A DNA stretch of 64,000 bases. It comes from Pseudomonas sp. (GTDB lineage Bacteria > Pseudomonadota > Gammaproteobacteria > Pseudomonadales > Pseudomonadaceae). The translations under genes and the position numbers were made by a program. The notes under the pieces were generated by a model, which was not told where the DNA came from, made no database searches, and saw nothing but the letters and a program-made list of their open reading frames with translations. How positions within the stretch are numbered: the first letter of the stretch is position 1; the number at the start of each line of letters is the position of its first letter. Positions 44,583-54,300 of the stretch are shown piece after piece. The stretch is taken from positions 62,068 through 126,067 of the forward strand of contig NZ_DATJCS010000012.1 of the NCBI RefSeq assembly GCF_035497915.1, read 5' to 3'.

Positions 44583-45368
44583 ATGCTTCAGGCCCTGTGG
44601 GTAAGCAAGACCGGTCTGTCCGCCCAGGACATGAACCTGACCACCATTTCCAACAACCTGGCCAACGTCTCGACCACCGGTTTCAAGAAGGACCGCGCCG
44701 AGTTCCAGGACCTGCTCTACCAGGTTCGCCGCCAGCCGGGCGCCAATACCACCCAGGACACCGAGCTGCCCTCCGGCCTGCAACTGGGTACCGGTGTGCG
44801 TATCGTCGGCACCCAGAAGAACTTCACCGGCGGCAGCCTGCAGACCACCGACCAGCCGCTGGACATGGCCATCAACGGCCGGGGCTTCTTCCAGATCCTC
44901 ACCCCGGACGGCACCGTGGCCTACACCCGCGACGGCACCTTCCACCTGAATTCCGAAGGCCAGGTGGTCACCGCCAACGGTTATGCGCTGGAGCCGGCGA
45001 TTGTCGTGCCGCCGGAAACCCAGACCTTCACCGTGGGCCAGGACGGCACCGTGTCGGTCACCGTGTTCGGGGATCCCGCCTCGCAGGTGATCGGTAACCT
45101 GCAGACCGCCGACTTCATCAACCCCGCCGGTCTGCAGGCCGTGGGCGGCAACCTGTTCCTGGAGACCGCCGCCAGCGGCGCGCCGCAGGTCGGCCAGCCG
45201 GGCATGAACGGCCTGGGCACCGTGCTGCAGGAAACCCTGGAAAACTCCAACGTCAGCACCGTGGAAGAGCTGGTGAACATGATCACTACCCAGCGCGCCT
45301 ACGAGATGAACTCCAAGGTGATTTCCACCGCCGACTCCATGCTCGGTTTCGTTACCCAGCAGCTGTAA
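44583..45368 (+). CDS. flgG: Distal rod protein FlgG
   Basis: [36 protein letters not shown]. Confidence 0.97.
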   Translation: MLQALWVSKTGLSAQDMNLTTISNNLANVSTTGFKKDRAEFQDLLYQVRRQPGANTTQDTELPSGLQLGTGVRIVGTQKNFTGGSLQTTDQPLDMAINGRGFFQILTPDGTVAYTRDGTFHLNSEGQVVTANGYALEPAIVVPPETQTFTVGQDGTVSVTVFGDPASQVIGNLQTADFINPAGLQAVGGNLFLETAASGAPQVGQPGMNGLGTVLQETLENSNVSTVEELVNMITTQRAYEMNSKVISTADSMLGFVTQQL

Positions 45369-45400
45369 AGGTGCTTAGCGAGTCTCCAGAGGTCGTGTCC

Positions 45401-46090
45401 ATGCTCCGGCTATTCCTGTCCCTGATGTTCCTGGCGCTGCTTGGCGGCTGCATGTCCACGCCGCCCAAGCCCGACGAGCCGTATTACGCGCCCGTGCTGC
45501 CGCGCACGCCGCTGCCGGTGGAGCAGAACAACGGGGCCATCTACCAGCCGGGCTTCGGCATGAACCTGTTTGACGACCGCAAGGCCTACCGGGTCGGTGA
45601 CATCATCACCATCACGCTCAACGAGCGGACCCAGGCCAGCAAGAGCGCCAACTCGCAGCTGCAGAAGGACAGCAGCGCGAGCATCGGCCTCACGTCGCTG
45701 TTCGGCGGCGCGGTGAGCGCGACCAACCCGTTTACCGGCAACAGCATGACCCTGGGTGCCGAGTACGGCGCCGAGCGCGACACCAGCGGCAGCAGCAAGG
45801 CCGGGCAGAGCAACAGCCTGACCGGCTCGATCACCGTCACCGTGGCCGAGGTGCTGCCCAACGGGATTCTTGCGGTGCGCGGCGAGAAGTGGATGACCCT
45901 GAACACCGGCGAGGAGCTGGTGCGCATCGCCGGTCTGGTGCGTTCCGAGGACATCGGCACCGATAACACCGTGCCCTCCACCCGAGTGGCTGATGCGCGC
46001 ATCACCTACTCGGGCACCGGCGCCTTCGCCAACACCAGCCAGCCCGGCTGGCTCGACCGCTTCTTCATGAGCCCGCTGTGGCCGTTCTGA
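45401..46090 (+). CDS. flgH: L-ring lipoprotein FlgH
   Basis: Lipobox [24 protein letters not shown]. Confidence 0.95.
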   Translation: MLRLFLSLMFLALLGGCMSTPPKPDEPYYAPVLPRTPLPVEQNNGAIYQPGFGMNLFDDRKAYRVGDIITITLNERTQASKSANSQLQKDSSASIGLTSLFGGAVSATNPFTGNSMTLGAEYGAERDTSGSSKAGQSNSLTGSITVTVAEVLPNGILAVRGEKWMTLNTGEELVRIAGLVRSEDIGTDNTVPSTRVADARITYSGTGAFANTSQPGWLDRFFMSPLWPF

Positions 46091-46122
46091 TGAGCGGAAA
46101 TGGTTTTGTAGGAGTCAGCCCC

Positions 46123-47223
46123 ATGATCAAACACCTCGTTCTCGCCCTCGGCCTGCTGGCCAGCCTGACGGCCCAGGCCGAGCGCCTCAAGGACATCTCC
46201 AGCATTCAGGGCGTACGCAGCAACCAGCTGATCGGCTACGGCCTGGTGGTCGGCCTCAACGGCACGGGTGACCAGACCACCCAGACGCCGTTCACCCTGC
46301 AGACCTTCAACAACATGCTGACCCAGTTCGGCATCAAGGTGCCGGCGAACATCGGCAGCGTGCAGCTGAAGAACGTCGCCGCCGTGTCCATCCATGCCGA
46401 CCTGCCGCCGTTCGCCAAGCCGGGCCAGACCATTGACATCACCGTGTCCTCCATTGGCAACGCCAAGAGCCTGCGCGGCGGCAGCCTGCTGCTGACCCCA
46501 CTGAAGGGGATCGACGGCAACATCTACGCCATCGCCCAGGGCAACCTGGTGGTCGGCGGCTTCGACGCCAGCGGCAACGACGGCTCGCGTGTCACCGTCA
46601 ACGTGCCGTCCAGCGGCCGTATCCCCTCCGGTGCCACGGTGGAGCGTGCGGTGCCTAGCGCCTTCGGTCAGGGCAACAGTCTGACGCTGAACCTCAACCG
46701 CCCCGACTTCACCACCGCCAAGAACATTGTCGACCGCATCAACGACCTGCTCGGCCCGGGCGTGGCCAACGCCGTCGACGCCGCCTCGGTGCGCATCAGC
46801 GCGCCGCTCGACCCCAACCAGCGCGTCGACTACATCGCCATCCTGGAAAACCTCGAGATCAATCTCGGTCAGGCGGCCGCCAGGGTCATCATCAACTCGC
46901 GCACCGGCACCATCGTCATCGGCCAGAACGTGCGGGTGGCGCCGGCGGCGGTGACCCATGGCAGCCTGATGGTGAGCATCAGCGAAGACCCCATCGTCAG
47001 CCAGCCGGCGCCGTTCTCCGAAGGGCAGACCGTGGTGGTGCCCAACTCGCGCATCCAGGCCGAGCAGGAGCGCAACCCGATGTTCAAGTTCGCTCCGGGC
47101 ACCACGCTGGACGAGATCGTCCGCGCGGTGAACCAGGTGGGCGCCGCGCCCAGCGACCTGATGGCCATTCTTGAAGCCCTCAAGCAGGCCGGCGCGCTGC
47201 AGGCCGAGCTGATCGTGATCTGA
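46123..47223 (+). CDS. flgI: P-ring protein FlgI
   Basis: [33 protein letters not shown]. Confidence 0.96.
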   Translation: MIKHLVLALGLLASLTAQAERLKDISSIQGVRSNQLIGYGLVVGLNGTGDQTTQTPFTLQTFNNMLTQFGIKVPANIGSVQLKNVAAVSIHADLPPFAKPGQTIDITVSSIGNAKSLRGGSLLLTPLKGIDGNIYAIAQGNLVVGGFDASGNDGSRVTVNVPSSGRIPSGATVERAVPSAFGQGNSLTLNLNRPDFTTAKNIVDRINDLLGPGVANAVDAASVRISAPLDPNQRVDYIAILENLEINLGQAAARVIINSRTGTIVIGQNVRVAPAAVTHGSLMVSISEDPIVSQPAPFSEGQTVVVPNSRIQAEQERNPMFKFAPGTTLDEIVRAVNQVGAAPSDLMAILEALKQAGALQAELIVI

Positions 47224-47233
47224 CGGAGGCGCC

Positions 47234-48328
47234 ATGAAATCCCCAGTGCCCGGCGTGGGCGACAGCGGTGCCTACACCGACCTGAACCGCCTCAACCAGT
47301 TGAAGACCGGCAAGGATCGCGACAGCGAGGCCAACGTGCGCAAGGTGGCGCAGGAATTCGAGTCGCTGTTCGTCAACGAGATGTTCAAGGCCATGCGCAG
47401 CGCCAACCAGGCGCTGACCGGCGACAGTTTCCTGAACACTGAAACCACCAAGCACTACCAGCAGATGCACGACCAGCAACTGGCGGTGACCCTGTCCCGC
47501 GAGGGTGGCGGCATCGGCCTGGCGGATGTGCTGGTGCGGCAGATGACCGAGCGCAAGGGCAGCAATCGGCCCAATCCCTTCGCTACGCCAGATCAGGCGG
47601 TACTGGGCCAGGTGGCGACGCCGCTTAATGCCGCGATCACGCAGGCAGAATCCCAGCGGGATGATCGTGCCGCCTTGCAGGCGCGCCGGCTCACCCATCT
47701 GCCCAAGGCCGTGCAGACTCGCCGCGACGGCCCGCCGAACGACACTGCCGCACCCATCGATACGGCGCAGGCCGGCAAGCCGCTGGTGGATCTCGGCTGG
47801 CAACCGGCGAGCGGCAATGTCTTGCCGGTCCGTTTCGACAGCCCCGAGCAGTTCGCCGCCACCCTGCTGCCGATGGCCGAGCAGGCTGCCCAGCGCCTGG
47901 GCGTCGATCCGCGCTACCTGGTGGCCCAGGCCGCGCTGGAAACCGGTTGGGGCGGCTCGATCATCCAGGGCGAGACGGGCAGCAGTCACAACCTGTTCGG
48001 CATCAAGGCCCATGGCGGCTGGGCGGGTCCCAGCGCCGAAGTGCTGACCACCGAGTACTACAACGGTCAGCCCGTGAAGGAGGCCGCGCGCTTCCGCGCC
48101 TATGACTCCTTCGCGCAGAGTTTCGAGGACTACGCGGACTTCCTGCAGGGCAACGGCCGCTATCAAGAAGCGCTCAAGTCCGCCGATAACCCGGACAAGT
48201 TCATGAGCGAACTGCAGAAGGCCGGCTACGCCACCGATCCGCAGTACGCCAGCAAGGTCAACCAGATCGCCCGCCAGCTGCAGACCTATCAGATGGTCGC
48301 CGCCGCGGGATCGAACAAAAACGGCTAG
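47234..48328 (+). CDS. flgJ: Rod cap/peptidoglycan hydrolase FlgJ
   Basis: N-terminal QEFESLF rod-binding domain; GH73 motifs AQAALETGWG, NLFGIK, YATDP. Confidence 0.95.
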   Translation: MKSPVPGVGDSGAYTDLNRLNQLKTGKDRDSEANVRKVAQEFESLFVNEMFKAMRSANQALTGDSFLNTETTKHYQQMHDQQLAVTLSREGGGIGLADVLVRQMTERKGSNRPNPFATPDQAVLGQVATPLNAAITQAESQRDDRAALQARRLTHLPKAVQTRRDGPPNDTAAPIDTAQAGKPLVDLGWQPASGNVLPVRFDSPEQFAATLLPMAEQAAQRLGVDPRYLVAQAALETGWGGSIIQGETGSSHNLFGIKAHGGWAGPSAEVLTTEYYNGQPVKEAARFRAYDSFAQSFEDYADFLQGNGRYQEALKSADNPDKFMSELQKAGYATDPQYASKVNQIARQLQTYQMVAAAGSNKNG

Positions 48329-48339
48329 GGAATTGACGC

Positions 48340-50412
48340 ATGGCAGGTTTGCTCTCCATCGGGGTTTCGGGTCTGCACGCCAGTCAGGCGCACCTGCAAA
48401 CCACCGGTCACAACATCACCAACGCCGACACCGCGGGCTTTTCGCGTCAGCAGGCCATGCAGAAGACCGCCGGTGGCCAGTACATCGGCCCGGCCGGCTT
48501 TATCGGCAGCGGCACCACGCTGAACGATGTGCGTCGCATCTACAGCGGCTTCATCGACACCCAGCTGCAGAGCGCCACTGCGCTCAACGGTGACACCAAG
48601 GCCTACCTGGACAACATCAGCCGGCTCGATTCGTTGCTGGCCGACAGCGGCACGGGCGTCAACGTCGTGCTCAACGGCTTCTTCGATGCGGTGCAGAACG
48701 TGGTGAGCAAGCCCACCGACATCGCCTCGCGCCAGTTGCTGATCACCTCGGCCGAGTCGCTGAGCGCGCGCTTCCGCTCCGTGCAGGCGCAGATGGAAGA
48801 CCAGAACGCCTACCTGAACAGCCAGCTCAAGAGTCTGTCGGGCTCGGTCAACGACCTGGCCAGCAAGATCGCCCAGCTCAACGACTCCATCCAGTACGCC
48901 CGTGCCACCGGCGCCGAGCCCAACGACCTGCTGGACACCCGCGAACAGGCGGTGCGCGAGCTGTCCGACCTGGTGGGCGTCAAGGTGGTGGATCAGGACG
49001 GCCAGTACGCGCTGTTTCTCGGCAACGGCCAGCCGCTGGTGATCGGTGGCAGCGCCAACAGCATCACCGCGCAACCGAGCCAGGACGATCCTTCGCGCAT
49101 GGCGCTGGTCTTCAACACCCCGACCGCCAGCCTGGACGTCAGTGGCGTGCTGAGCGGCGGCGCCATCGGTGGCTTGCTGCGCTACCGCAACGATGTGCTC
49201 GACACGGCGATGAACGAGCTGGGACGTCTGTCCCTGGTGGTGTCCGATCAGATCAACCAGCAACTGGCCCAGGGCCTGGATCTGAACGGCGATTTCGGCG
49301 CGACGCTGTTCCGCAACATCAACGATCCGGCGCTGCTGGGGCAGCGCAGCATTGCGCAGGCGGGGAATACCAGCGCCGGTAACTTCGAGGTCACCATTAC
49401 CGACAGCAGTCAGCTGACGGTCCATGACTACGAAGTGCGCTTTGACAATCCTTTGAACCCTAACGAGTTCAAGGTGTTGCGTTCCGATGGCAAGGAGATT
49501 CTCCCGGAATTGCCGGCCACCGCTTGGGACGTGACTTCTACGCCGCCGCCGGCTTTCGACGGTATCAGCCTGAAGTTTAACGGCACGCCAGCGGCTCCCG
49601 TACCACCTGCAACGGCTGACCGCTTCACGCTGGTGCCCACCCGCCAGGCCGCCGGCGATATCCAGAGCATCCTGACCGAGCCCAAGCGTCTGGGCTTCAC
49701 TGCGCCGCTGAATGCCACCACCGGCACCGGCAACTACGGCACCGGCGCGGTCAGCCAGCCGGAGCTGAATACCCGGATCGATATCTACGAAGACAGCGTG
49801 GCGCAGGACAACATGCGCCAGGCGATCGAGAATGCCATGCCGGTCAAGCTGGTGTTCGATTCCGCCGCGCAACGCTACAACCTGTTCGATGCTCAGGGTA
49901 CGGCCATTGCGATCAGCACACCCATCGTGCCCGGCAAGGCCCAGGAGCTGACCTTCTCCCTGGCGGCCGTGAACGATGCGAACGTCGATCTCACGCCGAA
50001 GACCGTCGATTTCACCATTACCGTCAGCGGCACGCCGGCGCACAACGATAGCTTCAGCGTGGGTTTCAACCCCAACGGCCAGACCGACAACCGCAATGCC
50101 CTGGCCCTGCAGGATCTGCAGAGCAAGGCCACGGTGGGGGTCAATACCACGACCGGCCGAGGCTCGAACTTCAGCACGGCCTATGGCTCGCTGATCAGCG
50201 AGGTGGGCGCCAAGGCCGCCCAGGCCAAGGCCGACAACGGCGCCACCGAGGCGATCCTGGCCCAGGCCACCGCCACCCGCGAGTCGTTGTCGGGGGTCAA
50301 CCTGGACGAAGAAGCGGCCAACCTGATCAAGTTCCAGCAGTACTACACCGCCTCGTCGCAGATCATCAAGGCGGCCCAGGAAACCTTCAACACCCTGCTC
50401 AGCGCACTCTAA
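48340..50412 (+). CDS. flgK: Hook-associated protein FlgK
   Basis: GHNITNADTAGFSRQ, SGVNLDEEAANL. Confidence 0.95.
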   Translation: MAGLLSIGVSGLHASQAHLQTTGHNITNADTAGFSRQQAMQKTAGGQYIGPAGFIGSGTTLNDVRRIYSGFIDTQLQSATALNGDTKAYLDNISRLDSLLADSGTGVNVVLNGFFDAVQNVVSKPTDIASRQLLITSAESLSARFRSVQAQMEDQNAYLNSQLKSLSGSVNDLASKIAQLNDSIQYARATGAEPNDLLDTREQAVRELSDLVGVKVVDQDGQYALFLGNGQPLVIGGSANSITAQPSQDDPSRMALVFNTPTASLDVSGVLSGGAIGGLLRYRNDVLDTAMNELGRLSLVVSDQINQQLAQGLDLNGDFGATLFRNINDPALLGQRSIAQAGNTSAGNFEVTITDSSQLTVHDYEVRFDNPLNPNEFKVLRSDGKEILPELPATAWDVTSTPPPAFDGISLKFNGTPAAPVPPATADRFTLVPTRQAAGDIQSILTEPKRLGFTAPLNATTGTGNYGTGAVSQPELNTRIDIYEDSVAQDNMRQAIENAMPVKLVFDSAAQRYNLFDAQGTAIAISTPIVPGKAQELTFSLAAVNDANVDLTPKTVDFTITVSGTPAHNDSFSVGFNPNGQTDNRNALALQDLQSKATVGVNTTTGRGSNFSTAYGSLISEVGAKAAQAKADNGATEAILAQATATRESLSGVNLDEEAANLIKFQQYYTASSQIIKAAQETFNTLLSAL

Positions 50413-50427
50413 GGCCAGGTGACGATC

Positions 50428-52029
50428 ATGCGTCTCTCCACTTCGCAGATGTTCAACGCCAGTGTCAGCGGCCACCAGAAAGGCTACGCCGCGCTGGTCA
50501 AGACCCAGGAACAGATCACCAGCGGGCACCGCATCCAGACGGCGGCAGACGACCCGGTGGGTTCGGCACGTCTGCTGCAGCTGGAACAGCAGGCCGGCCA
50601 GCTGAGCCAGTACAAGAGCAACCTGACCGATGCGACCAACTCGCTGGCCCAGGAAGAAAGCATCCTGCAGTCGATGATCAAGATCGGCGATCGCGCACGC
50701 AGCCTGGCCGGACAGGCCGGCAACGGCGCGTACAACGATCATGACCGCCGCGCCATCGCCGCCGAGCTGCAGCAGATCGAGAACGAGCTGTTCGGCCTGA
50801 TGAACAGCAAGAATGCCAGCGGCGAATACTGGTTCAGCGGCAGCCAGAGCGGCATCCCGCCCTATGTGCGCAACCCCGATGGCACCTACCGCTACCAGGG
50901 CGACCAGAGCCAGCAGTATCTGCAGGTCGCCACCGGCGTGCAGCTGAGCATCAACGACAGCGGCTTCGAGACCTTCGAAAGCGCGAAGAACGTCAGCCGC
51001 ACGGAGACCGCCGAGATGGCCCCGGCCACGGTCGATGGCGTGCAGCGCCTCTATATGTCCGGCGGTGCGATTGTCGATCAGCAGGCGTTCGATAAGGACT
51101 TCCGCGCCAATGGCCCCTATACCCTGACCATCAAAGCGCAAGATCCCACTAACCCCTATAGCCCCCTCAACTACGAGATCGAAGATGGGGCTGGGAACGT
51201 GACTGCCGGTCCCTACGACCCCGCTCAGGAGAATCCGAAGATCACCTTTGGGGGGGTGGAATTTGCTCTCGATCCGCTGCTGGGCGCCGGTGAAACCACC
51301 TACGGCGCCCTTTTGGACGGACATCAGTTCAGTCTTGGCATGGCGCCGGACGATTTCACCGTTATTGCCAGTTCGGCGGCGCAGATTAGCAAAGTGGTTG
51401 TAGGCAATACCCCGGCAGAGGCCGCTGCGTATGCCAACGCTTTCCCGGCGGGTGGTCTGACGCTTAAGTATGACGGCGCTACCTCCACCTTCTCCGCCAT
51501 GGCCCCGGACGGGATAACACCGCTTCCCTGGCCTGTCACCTATGTTGCTGACCCGCTCCCGGCCACTACTGGCACGATCAGCATTCCTGCTGTGGGGCTG
51601 ACACTGAAAACTGCCGGCGCGTTCGGGGGCGGTGATCAGTTTAAGGTCCATGCCGACTCGCAGGAAACCCGCAACATCCTCAACACCATCGTCGCGCTGC
51701 GCCAGTCACTGCAGGAGCCCGCCGACGGCATCAAGGGTGGCGGCATGCGCATTCGCGAAGCGGTTGCCGTGGCGCTGGGCAATCTGGACAGCAGCATGAT
51801 CCAGATCGAAAGCACCCAGGCACACATCGGCGCCCGGATGAATGTCATCGATACCCTGACGGCGGAAAACGAGAGCCTGGGAATCTTCAACGCCCAGACC
51901 CAGTCGGCGATCCGCGATACCGACCAGTTCGAGGCGGCCTCACGACTGATGCTCCAGCAGACCAAGCTGGAAGCCGCCCATGCGGCGTTTGTGCGGGTGA
52001 GTCAGTTGAGTCTGTTCGACCGCTTGTAA
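50428..52029 (+). CDS. flgL: Hook-associated protein FlgL
   Basis: MRLSTSQMF, ITSGHRI..AADDP, C-terminal SQLSLFDRL. Confidence 0.94.
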   Translation: MRLSTSQMFNASVSGHQKGYAALVKTQEQITSGHRIQTAADDPVGSARLLQLEQQAGQLSQYKSNLTDATNSLAQEESILQSMIKIGDRARSLAGQAGNGAYNDHDRRAIAAELQQIENELFGLMNSKNASGEYWFSGSQSGIPPYVRNPDGTYRYQGDQSQQYLQVATGVQLSINDSGFETFESAKNVSRTETAEMAPATVDGVQRLYMSGGAIVDQQAFDKDFRANGPYTLTIKAQDPTNPYSPLNYEIEDGAGNVTAGPYDPAQENPKITFGGVEFALDPLLGAGETTYGALLDGHQFSLGMAPDDFTVIASSAAQISKVVVGNTPAEAAAYANAFPAGGLTLKYDGATSTFSAMAPDGITPLPWPVTYVADPLPATTGTISIPAVGLTLKTAGAFGGGDQFKVHADSQETRNILNTIVALRQSLQEPADGIKGGGMRIREAVAVALGNLDSSMIQIESTQAHIGARMNVIDTLTAENESLGIFNAQTQSAIRDTDQFEAASRLMLQQTKLEAAHAAFVRVSQLSLFDRL

Positions 52030-52048
52030 CAGCCGATCCGGCTCCTAT

Positions 52049-52083
52049 GACGGCGCACCGCTTGGACAGGGTGCGCCGTTTTG
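52049..52083 (+). terminator. Terminator after flgL
   Basis: GACGGCGCACC/GGTGCGCCGTT stem plus TTT. Confidence 0.7.
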
Positions 52084-52168
52084 CATTTCGCAGCGCCAAC
52101 GCCCTGCATCAAATCGTGCACTGAATCAAGTAATAGCGCGGTGATGGCGAAAAAAACGCAGGCAACCC

Positions 52169-52195
52169 TAAAGCATCCGCCGGACCAGACGATAA
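52169..52195 (+). promoter_or_regulatory. sigma28 (FliA) promoter of fliC
   Basis: TAAA-N15-GACGATAA. Confidence 0.85.
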
Positions 52196-52276
52196 CCCTT
52201 ATGACAGTTCTCCAGGCCACAACAGGCGCAAGCCCGGGGCGTGGGAACCTTAAGCCCAACCCATGAGGACTCCACA

Positions 52277-53728
52277 ATGGCTCTCTCTGTTCACACTAAC
52301 TTCGCGTCTCTGACCACTCAGAAGAACCTGAACCGCGCTTCCGACGACCTGGCCACCAGCATGCAGCGTCTGTCGAGCGGCCTGCGCATCAACAGCGCCA
52401 AGGACGACGCGGCCGGCCTGCAGATCGCCAACCGTCTGACCAGCCAGATCAACGGTCTGAACGTTGCCGTCAAGAACGCCAACGACGGTATCTCCATCGC
52501 GCAGACCGCCGAAGCGGCCATGGGCGAATCCACCACCATCCTGCAGCGCATGCGCGAACTGTCCCTGCAGTCCGCCAACGGTTCCTACGGCGCCGACGAG
52601 CGCAAGGCCATGCAGTCCGAGTTCAGCCAGCTGACCTCCGAACTGAACCGTATCGCCGAAACCACCAGCTTCGGTAGCCGCAAGCTGTTGGATGGTTCCT
52701 TCGGCTCCGCCGCCTTCCAGGTCGGCGCCAACGCCTACGAAACCATCAACGTCAGCCTGAGCAACGTGTCCGCTCGCGTGATTGGCTCCCAGCAGCTGGA
52801 CAGCATTGCCATCGCGCCGGTGAACGGCGGCCATACCGCTGCCGGCGTCATCGACATCGCCACCGGCGGCGTTGAAGGCCAAATCACCGTGGCCGCAGGC
52901 GACTCGGCCGAGAAGATCGCCGGCGCCATCAACGAGGAAGGCCTGGGCGGCGTGACTGCCACTGCCCGCACCCAAGTGCAGTTCACCGGTGCCATCGCTG
53001 CCGCCACTCCGGTGAGCTTCAGCGTCACCGTGGGTGACGGCACCGACGCTGTCAGTGTCGACATCGTTAACGCCGCCGACTACGCCAGCCTGGCCGAGCA
53101 GCTGTCCGGCGCCGCCAGCAAGCTGGGCGTTTCCGTCAGCTACAACGAGAAGACCGGTGCGCTGTCCATCACCTCCGACAGCGGCAAGAACATCACCTTC
53201 GATGAGATGAGTGACGGCACCGCGGGCGTGTACAGCGGTCTGCAGGTTGCCGTGGCCAAGACCGACGGCACCTACGGCGCTGCTGTAGCTATCACCGACA
53301 CCATGGTTACCACCGGTACCGTGCAGATCAACTCCACCAAGTCCGTGGCTCTGTCCGGCGCTGGCGTTACCGGTCTGTTTGACACTGCTGCCACCACTGC
53401 CTCCACCACGCTGAAGAGTGTCAGCAACGCCGACATCACCACCGCCAACAACGCCCAGCAGTCCATCGCCGTTATCGACAAGGCCATCGCCAACATCGAT
53501 GCTCAGCGTGCCGACCTGGGTGCCATCCAGAACCGTTTCGACAGCACCATCAGCAACCTGACCTCGATCATGGAAAACACCACCGCTTCGCGTGGCCGTA
53601 TCGAGGACGTGGACTTCGCTGCCGAAACCGCCAACCTGACCAAGCAGCAGACCCTGCAACAGGCATCCACCGCGATCCTGGCCCAGGCCAACCAGCTGCC
53701 GGCCGCCGTGCTGAAGCTGCTGGGCTAA
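52277..53728 (+). CDS. fliC: Flagellin (483 aa)
   Basis: [22 protein letters not shown] (flg22 region), [24 protein letters not shown]. Confidence 0.97.
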   Translation: MALSVHTNFASLTTQKNLNRASDDLATSMQRLSSGLRINSAKDDAAGLQIANRLTSQINGLNVAVKNANDGISIAQTAEAAMGESTTILQRMRELSLQSANGSYGADERKAMQSEFSQLTSELNRIAETTSFGSRKLLDGSFGSAAFQVGANAYETINVSLSNVSARVIGSQQLDSIAIAPVNGGHTAAGVIDIATGGVEGQITVAAGDSAEKIAGAINEEGLGGVTATARTQVQFTGAIAAATPVSFSVTVGDGTDAVSVDIVNAADYASLAEQLSGAASKLGVSVSYNEKTGALSITSDSGKNITFDEMSDGTAGVYSGLQVAVAKTDGTYGAAVAITDTMVTTGTVQINSTKSVALSGAGVTGLFDTAATTASTTLKSVSNADITTANNAQQSIAVIDKAIANIDAQRADLGAIQNRFDSTISNLTSIMENTTASRGRIEDVDFAAETANLTKQQTLQQASTAILAQANQLPAAVLKLLG

Positions 53729-53743
53729 TCACCCTGCGGTAAC

Positions 53744-53774
53744 AAGAGAGGGCGCCGCGTGCGCCCTCTCTTTT
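53744..53774 (+). terminator. Terminator after fliC
   Basis: AAGAGAGGGCGC/GCGCCCTCTCTT plus TT. Confidence 0.8.
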
Positions 53775-53791
53775 GACGGAGAACCGATGCG

Positions 53792-54133
53792 ATGGACGTA
53801 GGACTGAACATCAACGCCTTCTACACGGCGAACAAGCCCCAGGCGAACGAGGCCGAACAGGCCCGCAAGACTGCGCCCGAGGCCAAGTCGCAAACCCCGA
53901 TCTCACCCGAGCGCGAGCGCGTGGTTGAAGCGATTAAAAAAATTCAGGAATTCGTTGACGAGACTCAGCGTGGCCTGAAGTTTTCCATCGACGAAGACAC
54001 CGGGCGCACCGTGGTCAAGGTGATCGCCCGCCAGAGTGGCGAAGTCATTCGTCAGCTGCCCTCAGAGGAAGCGCTGGAGCTTGCCAAGCGCCTGCAGGAT
54101 GCCGGCAGCCTGTTGTTCAGCAAGCAGGTGTGA
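53792..54133 (+). CDS. flaG: FlaG protein
   Basis: LKFSIDEDTGRTVVKV, GEVIRQLPSEE. Confidence 0.93.
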   Translation: MDVGLNINAFYTANKPQANEAEQARKTAPEAKSQTPISPERERVVEAIKKIQEFVDETQRGLKFSIDEDTGRTVVKVIARQSGEVIRQLPSEEALELAKRLQDAGSLLFSKQV

Positions 54134-54141
54134 TTTCAGGG

Positions 54142-54260
54142 TGGCGCGCGCATTGCTTGCGGCGCGGCCTTGATCGTGAAACGCGGCACTAATGCCGCTG
54201 TGGGCGCCTGCGCTACGGGGCGGGTCATCGGAATGGTCGGGTCTTGGTGCATATCTTGCT
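54142..54260 (+). promoter_or_regulatory. Two candidate sigma54 promoters upstream of fliD
   Basis: TGGCGC-GCGCA-TTGCT (54142-54157) and TGGTGC-ATATC-TTGCT (54245-54260), both GG-N10-GC. Confidence 0.6.
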
Positions 54261-54300
54261 GCGCCAGGGTCACGCGTCAGCAAAATATCGGGAGTGCAGC

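Noticed and set aside
51250-51256. G7 tract in flgL as a phase-variation site
   Set aside because: The tract is short and the frame is intact; no supporting evidence.
48325-51651. 1108-aa minus-strand ORF
   Set aside because: Antisense to flgK/flgL; no domain signal.
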